Source: Candidatus Krumholzibacteriia bacterium
GTDB lineage: Bacteria > Krumholzibacteriota > Krumholzibacteriia > JAJRXK01
DNA: 64,000 bases
Assembly: GCA_041484665.1 (NCBI GenBank)
Contig: JBGPIA010000002.1
Location: forward strand, 704,001-768,000
Reading direction: 5' to 3'
Below the pieces are notes generated by a model. It ran no database searches and was not told the DNA's origin. It saw only the letters and a program-made list of their open reading frames with translations. Made by a program: the position numbers and the translations under genes. The number at the start of each line of letters is the position of its first letter. Position 1 is the first letter of the stretch. Below are positions 20,552 through 28,968 of this stretch, piece by piece.

Positions 20552-21733
20552 GTGAAGACCGTATCCGGCGCGGCCTCGATCCTCGCTGTTGCGATCAGCC
20601 TGCTCGCCAACGCCTCCAGCACGGCGCAGGCCCCTGCCATCGTCTTCGATCCGCACGGAGACCCACAGACGGGCGTGTTGCGCGTGCTCACCGATCCACC
20701 GTCGCGCGGCGAGTGCCAGCAGTGCCATCCCACCCACGGTGACGAAACAGAGCCGTTCCCGTCGCCGCCCGTGCTCTTCACCGAGAACGACAACCGACTC
20801 GCGTTCTGGAACGACGGCATCCAGCCCTGCCACAGCGTCCGTCCCGAGAACTACCCGCTGGCCGAGCAGGACCGCATGCCCGAGAGCGCGCCCGACCCGG
20901 GCTACTTCGAGGCCAACGTAGGCGGCCTGCGCCGTGCGGGCGTGCAGTACCGCGGTCGCTGGCCCGGCGAGCTCGTGTACACCAATCCCGGGCAGACCCC
21001 GCGCGGCCACTGGATCTCCCCCCACGGGCACGATCCCGACATGCCGCGCAAGGATAGCGGCGGCGAGGGCCTCTGCCTGAACTGCCACGATCCGCATGGC
21101 AACAGCGACCGCCGCGATCTGCTGGTCGCGGACTACGGCGGCGTCGGCGGCCGGGCCTCGGTGGGACCGCCGCAGCAGTACGCCCTTTGCTTCTGGTGCC
21201 ATGGGACCAAGGGCGCCGCGGGCATGGAGCCGGGCAGCCGCTTCGTCGAGGACTACTATGACGCGGGCCTCAACGGCAGCCGCGCCGGGCACCAGATCCG
21301 CAAGAACCCGAGGATCGCCCTCTCCTGGCCCGCACACGTCCAGGCGGGCGACATGCTTCCTTGCTACGACTGCCACAACCCGCACGGCTCCCAGGGAAAC
21401 AACCGCTCCCAGCCGAACGGGTACCTGATCAGCGACGAGCGCCAAGGATGGAGCGGCCTCACCGACCCGCTGGACTATCCGCCCCAAGCCCGGGCGTTCT
21501 GCCTGGGCTGCCACATCCTCTCTGACGGGATTGCGGGATCCCAGGTGGTCGAGGGGATCGTCATGAACACGCTGTCTGACGACCCCGCGCACCGCTCGTC
21601 GGCGACGGCGGCCTGCCCGGATTGCCACGGCCGCGACTACACCGGGCCGACGAGCAACAACGCGCACAATCCCGGGGCGGGTGTGGACAAGACCAAGACG
21701 CCGGGAAACCTGGGGAGCCCGTGGGAACCATGA
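20552..21733 (+). CDS. Secreted multiheme cytochrome c (6 CxxCH plus one degenerate site)
   Basis: Signal peptide; CQQCH, CLNCH, CFWCH, CYDCH, CLGCH, CPDCH. Confidence 0.8.
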   Translation: MKTVSGAASILAVAISLLANASSTAQAPAIVFDPHGDPQTGVLRVLTDPPSRGECQQCHPTHGDETEPFPSPPVLFTENDNRLAFWNDGIQPCHSVRPENYPLAEQDRMPESAPDPGYFEANVGGLRRAGVQYRGRWPGELVYTNPGQTPRGHWISPHGHDPDMPRKDSGGEGLCLNCHDPHGNSDRRDLLVADYGGVGGRASVGPPQQYALCFWCHGTKGAAGMEPGSRFVEDYYDAGLNGSRAGHQIRKNPRIALSWPAHVQAGDMLPCYDCHNPHGSQGNNRSQPNGYLISDERQGWSGLTDPLDYPPQARAFCLGCHILSDGIAGSQVVEGIVMNTLSDDPAHRSSATAACPDCHGRDYTGPTSNNAHNPGAGVDKTKTPGNLGSPWEP

Positions 21734-23313
21734 GGGGCGTCCTCGCCACCGCGGCGTGCGCGCTCGCGCTGGCGAGCGCTGGGTGGCCCGCAGCCCCGGC
21801 TCGCGCGCTGGAAGGCCGCTACCTTGCTTCCATGGTGCACACCGAGGGGGCCGAGAGCGACGACATCCTGCGCCAGCGCTACGACATGGGCACGCAATCG
21901 GTCACCCCGGGCAACCTCAGCCTGGATCTGCGCATGTCGTTGTCCCACCAGGTCCGGCCCGGGGAGTCCAACACTGGGCTCTTGGGCAGCCGTTTCTTCG
22001 GCGACCTGCGCAGCCCCGCGTGGCGCCTGCGCGGACAGATCGTCCCGTGGCAGGACCTCAACCCGGGAGCCAACTCCCCGCGCGAGCGCAATCTGCAGGC
22101 CGGTCTGGATCTGATGCCGCGCGGAGCGCCGCGCCTTTCGCTCGACTACCAGAGGCTCGACCGCGACGTCCAGAACCAGCGCAGCTTCTCGGAGGACCGG
22201 CGCGCCCAGCTCGCCTACGAGACGGGCGGCGTCTCGGCAAACCTCCGCTACCGCAATCTCGGCACTCGCTCGCCCGAGAGCCGCACGCCGGGCGCGCAGA
22301 CGCGGGAATGGCGCGGCTTCGTCAGCGGCACGCGCAGCTACAAGCGCCTCAGCGGCCAGGCCTCCTACGATGGACTGCTCTCCCGCTTCCGCTCCGGAGA
22401 TCGCGCCCGCGACCTCACGACCCAGCAGGTCGACCTCAGCGGAACGTGGAGCCCGAGCCGCAAATTGACCCTAGGCGCCACTGCGCTGGATCGCTGGGGC
22501 CAGGTGCAGGACAACATCCAGAACGGCGACCGCGCGATCGCCGCCCGCGCCCTCAGCGCGCGGGCGGATTACACGCCCGTCACGCCTATCCAGCTGCAGG
22601 CGGCGCGCGAGTACCGGCGCGAGGCGGCCCCGACCGGCGACGTCGTCTCCGATTACCTGCGCCTGCAAGGGATCTTCCGCCGGCCGCTCCTGCGCGCCAT
22701 GACCTTCCAGACGGGCTACGAGCAGACCGTGAACCTGCAGAGCGGTGGCGGCAGCGTGCCCAGCAGCACGGGCTTCGCCCTGCTGGATGGGCACGTGCGC
22801 ACTGGCGTCGAAGGGCACGGCGAGGTGCGGGCCGCGCACACTCCAGGCGGGGGCGCGCCGGGCATCCAGTGGATGCGCCTGCTGCAGCTGCGCACCTATC
22901 CCAGCCGCAGCTCGCGGCTGGAGGCCAGCTACCGTCTCGAGACGCTTCCGGTCGACTCGCTGACGCAGCGGGATCGCCAGTGGGACTTCACGGCCGGATA
23001 CGATCCTTCGGCGAACATCAGCTTGGTGGGCTCCTACCGCATGCAGGACGGTACGGGGCGCGTCGACCGCTCCGAGCGCAACGCCTCAGCCAGCACCACG
23101 TGGCGAGCCGCCCGGCGGACATCGATGGGCGTGAACTGGTCCCACCGCCGGGCGCGCGCGGCTTTGGCGCAGACGCGCGAGACCGTCACAGGGGTGGACG
23201 TCACGTTCTGGCTGCCGGGAGAATGGAAGCTCCACGGCTCGGCCAACTACGTGACCAGCGATTATCGTCAGGACATGACCTCGTACAACGTGATCCTCGA
23301 GAAGGTCTTCTGA
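21730..23313 (+). CDS. Large outer-membrane beta-barrel protein
   Basis: ATGA overlap with the previous gene; signal peptide; repeated amphipathic strands; BAM-type C-terminus YNVILEKVF. Confidence 0.75.
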   Translation: MRGVLATAACALALASAGWPAAPARALEGRYLASMVHTEGAESDDILRQRYDMGTQSVTPGNLSLDLRMSLSHQVRPGESNTGLLGSRFFGDLRSPAWRLRGQIVPWQDLNPGANSPRERNLQAGLDLMPRGAPRLSLDYQRLDRDVQNQRSFSEDRRAQLAYETGGVSANLRYRNLGTRSPESRTPGAQTREWRGFVSGTRSYKRLSGQASYDGLLSRFRSGDRARDLTTQQVDLSGTWSPSRKLTLGATALDRWGQVQDNIQNGDRAIAARALSARADYTPVTPIQLQAAREYRREAAPTGDVVSDYLRLQGIFRRPLLRAMTFQTGYEQTVNLQSGGGSVPSSTGFALLDGHVRTGVEGHGEVRAAHTPGGGAPGIQWMRLLQLRTYPSRSSRLEASYRLETLPVDSLTQRDRQWDFTAGYDPSANISLVGSYRMQDGTGRVDRSERNASASTTWRAARRTSMGVNWSHRRARAALAQTRETVTGVDVTFWLPGEWKLHGSANYVTSDYRQDMTSYNVILEKVF

Positions 23314-23325
23314 GGGGGGCGCATC

Positions 23326-23904
23326 GTGACACGCTCGAGCCCATCCTGGGCGCCCGTCGTGCTGGCGGCGCTCGCGCTGGTCGGATGCGCCGGCCCGGCA
23401 CGGTTCGTCGACCCCGAGGCCGACCTTCCCTTCTATGAGGTCGTGGGAGTCGTCCCCTTCGTCACGCTGGCGCAGGACCGCCTCGCCGGCGAAAAGGCCA
23501 CCAACGTGTTCTTCACCGAGCTGCTCGGCCGCCGCTTCGCCCGCGTCACGGAGCCCGGCCAGTTCACCGCCGCCATGCAGCGCGTGCGCGGCGGGACGTC
23601 AGCGGCCAACCCCTGGTCCACAGCGGAGCTCGTGCGCCTGGGCGAGGAGGCCGGCGTGCAAGGGGTCTTCATGGGGACGGTGCGCGACTGGGACATGGCG
23701 CCAGCCGGGCGCGAGTCGTTCCCGTTGATCTCGCTCGAAGTCCGGCTGGTGGACACTGCGTCGGGACGCGTCGTCTGGAGCGCGAGCCAGACGCGCAAGG
23801 GCGGCCCCGCGCTGCCCCTGATCGGCTGGGGCGAGATCCACACGCTCGGTGAGCTGGCCTCCGACATGTGCCGCAACCTGCTCAAGACGCTGCCTCGAAA
23901 ATAG
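23326..23904 (+). CDS. Lipoprotein, CsgG/GNA1162/TolB-N-like fold
   Basis: Lipobox LALVGC; VGVVPF...GVQGVFMGTV...SLEVRLVDTASGRVVWSAS. Confidence 0.75.
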   Translation: MTRSSPSWAPVVLAALALVGCAGPARFVDPEADLPFYEVVGVVPFVTLAQDRLAGEKATNVFFTELLGRRFARVTEPGQFTAAMQRVRGGTSAANPWSTAELVRLGEEAGVQGVFMGTVRDWDMAPAGRESFPLISLEVRLVDTASGRVVWSASQTRKGGPALPLIGWGEIHTLGELASDMCRNLLKTLPRK

Positions 23905-23916
23905 AGGACGAGCGCG

Positions 23917-24663
23917 ATGGAGCTGCACTTCCACCCACTGCATCCGCGGCCACGCGTCCACCGGCTCGCTGCCGGGCGCGCACGCGGGCGCAGGCGGTGC
24001 TCGGTGACCGCGTTGCCGGGCTCGGCGACGCTGGGCGGCCCTGCGCTGCTGGGCGCCGCGCTGCGGGCCACGGCGCTGCTGGTCACGGCGCTGCTGGGCG
24101 CCTGCGGCGGGGCGTCTCCCCACGCCTTCGTCACCGAGCCGATCCAAGGGCCATTGCGCGTCGCGATTCTTCCGCTAGCCAACTACGCACCCGCGCGCGA
24201 TGCCGTCGATCGTGTGATGCCGGCACTGCTCGTTGGCCTGGGGCGCATGCGCGGTCTGGAGGTCGTGGATCCTGGACGCGTCGAGGAAGCGCTCGCACAG
24301 GAGCCCTGGCTGCTCATGGACCGCATCCCGCCGGACCTGGTGGGACGGCTGGGACAGTCGCTGGGCGCCGACGCGCTGCTGATGGGCTCCCTGCTCTCCT
24401 ACGGCTACCGCGAGTCCGGCGGCGAGCGCACGCCCCAGGTCTCCTTCTCGCTGCGCCTGGTGCAGGTGCCGAGCGCGCGCGTGCTCTGGAGTGCCGTACA
24501 CAGCCGCGACGGCGCCGACCACGAGTGGATCTTTGGCCTGGGGCGCGTGGAGAGTCTCGATCTGCTGACCACGCGGACGGTGGAGGAGATCCTCGAGAGC
24601 CTCCCGGTGAATGCCGACGGCAGAGCAGCCACGGCCGAACAAGAAACCGGAAAGGGGAAGTGA
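23917..24663 (+). CDS. Second CsgG/GNA1162-like lipoprotein (true start may be downstream)
   Basis: Lipobox LLGAC; RVAILPLAN...LGADALLMGS...FSLRLVQVPSARVLWSA; paralogous to the previous gene. Confidence 0.7.
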   Translation: MELHFHPLHPRPRVHRLAAGRARGRRRCSVTALPGSATLGGPALLGAALRATALLVTALLGACGGASPHAFVTEPIQGPLRVAILPLANYAPARDAVDRVMPALLVGLGRMRGLEVVDPGRVEEALAQEPWLLMDRIPPDLVGRLGQSLGADALLMGSLLSYGYRESGGERTPQVSFSLRLVQVPSARVLWSAVHSRDGADHEWIFGLGRVESLDLLTTRTVEEILESLPVNADGRAATAEQETGKGK

Positions 24664-24665
24664 CC

Positions 24666-25235
24666 ATGTTCGCGGAGCACGCCCTCGTGGCTTGGTTGAT
24701 CTGCGGTCTGGCATCGCCGGCGCCTCCTGCGCAGCGCGCGCAGCCCGCGGCAGCTGCGCCGGCAGCCATCGCGCCGGCAGCGCATACGGCGCCCGCCGCG
24801 CATCCGGTGCCCGCCGCGCCGCCGGCAGCGGCCGGGGAAGCGAAGGCGGCCGGCGACTCGACCCAGGCGCCCAACGTCAAGTTCGTGCCCGTGCCGCAGG
24901 ACACGAGCCTCGTCTTCCTGATCCAGGCCGGCAACCGCCTCTATCCCGAATGGAAGGAGGAGCACAGGGTGCGCCTGCACGAGCGCTTCCCGCTGGGCGA
25001 CACGCGCAACAGCGCGGAAGTCGGCCGCTTCTTCCCCGACTTCCGCATCATCGACGGCAAGCCCATGAACGTCGGGCGGACGCTGGGCAATCCAGCCATC
25101 CGCGTGTTCGTGTTCGAGGAGGAAGCGCCAAAGGACAGCTCGTGGGCGTTCCTGAATTTTCCGCCGCATTTCTCGCCGCACTCGTTCTACACGTTTCAGC
25201 TCGAGCAGGTGAAGGGCTACCCAGCCGCGAATTGA
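24666..25235 (+). CDS. Exported protein with Pro/Ala linker and DUF2155/ResB-like beta domain
   Basis: ATG 3 nt after the previous stop; FFPDFRI..NPAIRV..WAFLNFPPH pattern. Confidence 0.55.
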   Translation: MFAEHALVAWLICGLASPAPPAQRAQPAAAAPAAIAPAAHTAPAAHPVPAAPPAAAGEAKAAGDSTQAPNVKFVPVPQDTSLVFLIQAGNRLYPEWKEEHRVRLHERFPLGDTRNSAEVGRFFPDFRIIDGKPMNVGRTLGNPAIRVFVFEEEAPKDSSWAFLNFPPHFSPHSFYTFQLEQVKGYPAAN

Positions 25236-25307
25236 TGCGTCGACTGGAAGGGTTGCCTCCCGGAGAGCGCCCGGCGCCGCGGAGGCTCGTGGGTGTGGAG
25301 GTCTGCC

Positions 25308-28300
25308 ATGCGTAGGGCAACGGGGATCGGGTGGGTGGAGTCCTGGAGGCTCTCCCTGGGGGTCGCGACTGCGTTGGTATGCGCGGCGGCCACGGCCACG
25401 GCGCCGCCAGCGCGCGCCGCCACCGGCCGGCCCTGCTACGAATGCCACAAGGAGGCGCGGGAGCAGTTCAAGAAGCTCGTGGTCCATCCACCGGTGGCCA
25501 AAGAGGACTGTGAGGCGTGCCACAAACGCCACGGCTTCGCGCAGACGCTGATCCTCCAGAAGAGCTTCCCCGATCTCTGCACCGGATGCCACGCGAACGT
25601 GATTGCGCCGCCCTCCGGCGCCCAGGCTGGCAAGACGGGGTCCAACCACCTGGTGTACGCGTCGGTGAACTGCGTGTCGTGCCACGATCCCCACGCCGCC
25701 GACCGCAAGGGCCTCCTGCGCGGCACGCAGGCACAGACCTGCGCCCAATGCCACCCGCGCATCCAGGCCGCGCTCACCGCCAAGGAGCCGCACAAGCCGT
25801 TTGCCGAGGGGAAGTGTGACGCCTGTCACGGAACCCACGACGCGCCGCAACCCAACCTGCTGCTGGCGCCCGAGGCCGAGCTGTGCGCCCGCTGCCACGG
25901 TCCAACGGTGGGGTTGCCGGAACTCCATCGTCGACCGGAGGTGGCGGGCGCCGCCTGCTCCTCGTGCCACGATCCCCACGGGGCGCCCAAGGCGGGCAGC
26001 GGCGGCGGCTACATCCACCAGCCGTTCGCCGAGGCCAACTGTGGCGTCTGCCACACCGACCCCAAGGCCGATCCCAAGGCGCTCACCGCCACCCAGGGCG
26101 AGCTGTGCGGGACATGCCACGGCGAGGTGGCCACGGTCGCCCAGGCACAGGGTGGACATCCGCCTGCCGCGGCCGGGGATTGCACGCGCTGCCACGAGCC
26201 ACACCGCTCCGACCGCGGCGCGCTCCTGAAAGGTGACGCCGAGGATCTTTGCATGCCCTGCCACGGCGACTTGCGCGACCAGCAGAAGCTCGCCGCGCAG
26301 CACGCGCCGTTCCGCGACCTGGACTGCTCCGCCTGCCACGCGCCGCACGGCAGCACGACCACCGCGATGCTGAAACAAGTGCCCCAGGCGCTGTGCCAGT
26401 CCTGTCACCAACCGATCGTGGACAAGGCCAAGGCCGCCAAGGCGCAGCATCCGCCGGTGCTGACGGACTGCTCGGCCTGCCACGTACCCCACGCCAGCGA
26501 GCAGCCGAAGCTGTTACACGATCTTCCCGGTCAGACCTGCCTTGGCTGCCACTCTGCCCAGGAGGCCGAGCAGAAGCTACCCGTGGTGCACTTGCCATTC
26601 TCCGTGGGTGACTGCGGCTCGTGCCATGGAGCGCACGGGACCGATGTGCCCGGCATGCTGGTGCGCAGCGATCCGGTGCTCTGCATCACGTGTCACCGCA
26701 AGCAGGGTGACGAGCGGCACATGGCCGCTCCCCACGCCCCGTTCGCTGCGGGCGAATGCTCGACGTGCCACGCCCCGCACGCGGGGAGGAATGGCGGGCT
26801 GCTGGTCTCCTCGCAGCAGGAGCTTTGCGCGAGCTGCCACGGCCAGATCAAAGGCACCGCGGCAGCGGCGACCGCGGCGGCCCCCAGCGCCGCCAGCCTG
26901 CACGCGCCGGTCGCGGGCGGCGAGTGCTCCGCCTGTCACAACCCGCACGCCGTCGACTCGGGCAAGGCGCTGCTGCGCGAGGCGGGCGGTGCCGAGCTGT
27001 GCTTCACGTGCCACACCGCGCTCAAAGACTCCTTCGCCGCGGGCGTCGTCCACGCCCCCGTCAAGGAAGGCAAGTGCACCACTTGTCACGACGGCCACCA
27101 GACCATGGATGACAAGGGCCAGATCCTGCTGAAGACGGCCTGCACCAGCTGCCATGACGCCGGCACGGGCGACTTCCGCAAGATCCACGGGGAATTCCAG
27201 CTGGAGGCCTCGACCTGCGTGGAGTGCCACGACCCGCACCGCAGCGACGCCAAGGGACTGCTGCGCAAGGTGCGCCACGAGCCGTTCGCCAGCGATGCGT
27301 GCGGTACCTGCCACCAGCCGCCGGCTCCCGGCCGCGCCCCGCAGCTCTTGTCCGAGCAGGGTAAGCTGTGCGCGAGCTGCCACGGCGCGCCGCAGGAGCC
27401 GGCGCCGCCCAAGGGGCTGCACGCGCCCGTGGCCGCCGGTGAGTGCAGCGAGTGTCACAATCCCCATGTGGCGCAGCGGGCCGCCCTGCTGCGTGGCAGT
27501 GGCGGTGACCTGTGCCTGCGCTGCCACGACGACCTCGACTTGGCCCTGAAGACCGCCGGTCCCGAACTCGTCCACAAGCCCGTGGAGGCCAAGCAGTGCG
27601 ACGCGTGCCACGGCGGGCACACCGGCATCATGCCGGGCCTGCTGGACCAGAGCGTCCCCGGCTTGTGCGCGACCTGCCACGGCGATGTGCTGGAGCGCGC
27701 CGGGCGCAAGTTCGGCCACGCGCCCGCCAAGCAGGGCAAATGCCTGGAGTGCCACGACCCGCACCTGGGCAAGAGCAAGGGGCTGCTGGTCACCGCCAGC
27801 ACGCGGGAACTGTGCGCCAAGTGCCACGACAGCAACGCTGCGCACTTCCAGACCGCCCATCGCGGCTTCAAGGTCGGACTCGGCAACTGCGCCGGCTGCC
27901 ACGACCCCCACGGGTCGGACCAGAAGGGGCTGATGCCGGCGTTCGCCCACGTTCCGTATGCAGAGGGCGAGTGCGCGTCGTGCCACGCATCGCCGGATCA
28001 GCTGGTGGCGTCACCGCCGCAGCTGTGCACGAGCTGTCACGACGACCACGCGCAGGACGCCCAGAAGGCCTTCCCGCACAAGGCCGTCTCCGAAGGGCCG
28101 GCGTGCCTCAACTGCCATGCTCCCCACGCAGGCAAGACCGCGTCCCTACTGATCCGCGAGGACGTGGGCAGGACCTGCTGGACGTGCCACGAGCGCGCCG
28201 CCTTCCAGCACAAGAACCAGCACCCCGACCTGCAGAGCGGTTGCACCAACTGCCACGACCCGCACGGCAGCGCTACGGGAAGGATCCTGAAGGCGCCCGA

Positions 28301-28526
28301 GGCGGAGCTCTGCATCAAGTGCCACGACGCCACCAAGACCCACGCCCACCCGATCGGCGCTCCGGCGAAGGACCCGCGCACGGGCGAGGCCTTGACCTGC
28401 ACGTCGTGCCACTCGCCGCACAGCAGCGATCAGGAGGCGCTGCTCACGCACGAGAAGAAGCGGGAGCTGTGCGTGCAATGTCACCTCGGCCCGAACCTCG
28501 AGGTGCGCGGCAGGAAGTCGCACTAG
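25308..28526 (+). CDS. Giant periplasmic multiheme cytochrome c (42 CxxCH)
   Basis: GGAGG RBS; signal peptide; 42 CxxCH counted, arranged as HxPx4-5-CxxCHxPH-x-LL-x-LCxxCH doublets. Confidence 0.9.
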   Translation: MRRATGIGWVESWRLSLGVATALVCAAATATAPPARAATGRPCYECHKEAREQFKKLVVHPPVAKEDCEACHKRHGFAQTLILQKSFPDLCTGCHANVIAPPSGAQAGKTGSNHLVYASVNCVSCHDPHAADRKGLLRGTQAQTCAQCHPRIQAALTAKEPHKPFAEGKCDACHGTHDAPQPNLLLAPEAELCARCHGPTVGLPELHRRPEVAGAACSSCHDPHGAPKAGSGGGYIHQPFAEANCGVCHTDPKADPKALTATQGELCGTCHGEVATVAQAQGGHPPAAAGDCTRCHEPHRSDRGALLKGDAEDLCMPCHGDLRDQQKLAAQHAPFRDLDCSACHAPHGSTTTAMLKQVPQALCQSCHQPIVDKAKAAKAQHPPVLTDCSACHVPHASEQPKLLHDLPGQTCLGCHSAQEAEQKLPVVHLPFSVGDCGSCHGAHGTDVPGMLVRSDPVLCITCHRKQGDERHMAAPHAPFAAGECSTCHAPHAGRNGGLLVSSQQELCASCHGQIKGTAAAATAAAPSAASLHAPVAGGECSACHNPHAVDSGKALLREAGGAELCFTCHTALKDSFAAGVVHAPVKEGKCTTCHDGHQTMDDKGQILLKTACTSCHDAGTGDFRKIHGEFQLEASTCVECHDPHRSDAKGLLRKVRHEPFASDACGTCHQPPAPGRAPQLLSEQGKLCASCHGAPQEPAPPKGLHAPVAAGECSECHNPHVAQRAALLRGSGGDLCLRCHDDLDLALKTAGPELVHKPVEAKQCDACHGGHTGIMPGLLDQSVPGLCATCHGDVLERAGRKFGHAPAKQGKCLECHDPHLGKSKGLLVTASTRELCAKCHDSNAAHFQTAHRGFKVGLGNCAGCHDPHGSDQKGLMPAFAHVPYAEGECASCHASPDQLVASPPQLCTSCHDDHAQDAQKAFPHKAVSEGPACLNCHAPHAGKTASLLIREDVGRTCWTCHERAAFQHKNQHPDLQSGCTNCHDPHGSATGRILKAPEAELCIKCHDATKTHAHPIGAPAKDPRTGEALTCTSCHSPHSSDQEALLTHEKKRELCVQCHLGPNLEVRGRKSH

Positions 28527-28968
28527 CGGCGGGCGACGAGGCGCGAGGCACTGCATTCCCTGCCCGCAGACGTGCACGGTGCGGCTGCGAGAGATTCGAG
28601 TGCCTGGGTGTGGCTCTGTCCGGCCTGGGGCAGTCTACGGGCGACACTCCGCAGCCCCGCGGCCAGCGTTGCCAACGGCGATGTGGCTGGCGCCCCTTGG
28701 CCTGGGCCGCCGAGCGGTGGCCACTCGAGCGTCGCCGCTGACCGCCCAGGCCGAGGGGCCCAGGGCAATGCCGCAGCCACCAGCAGATTGCCGCGGGGCG
28801 AGGACGTCGCACGGAGACTGCCCCCGGGCCGGGCAGCGGCCAGCGGGCAGCGCCCAGTGACCGGCATGCAACGACCAGCAGCCAGCGACCCGCAGCCAGC
28901 GAACAGCGGCCAGCGACACGCTACGAGCGGCAGACGAGCAGCGGCCGTCCTCTGTCACCGACCCGACG

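Noticed and set aside
28527..28968. CRISPR-like or mobile repeat in the intergenic gap
   Set aside because: Only degenerate heptamers; no constant repeat-spacer structure, cas genes or transposase.
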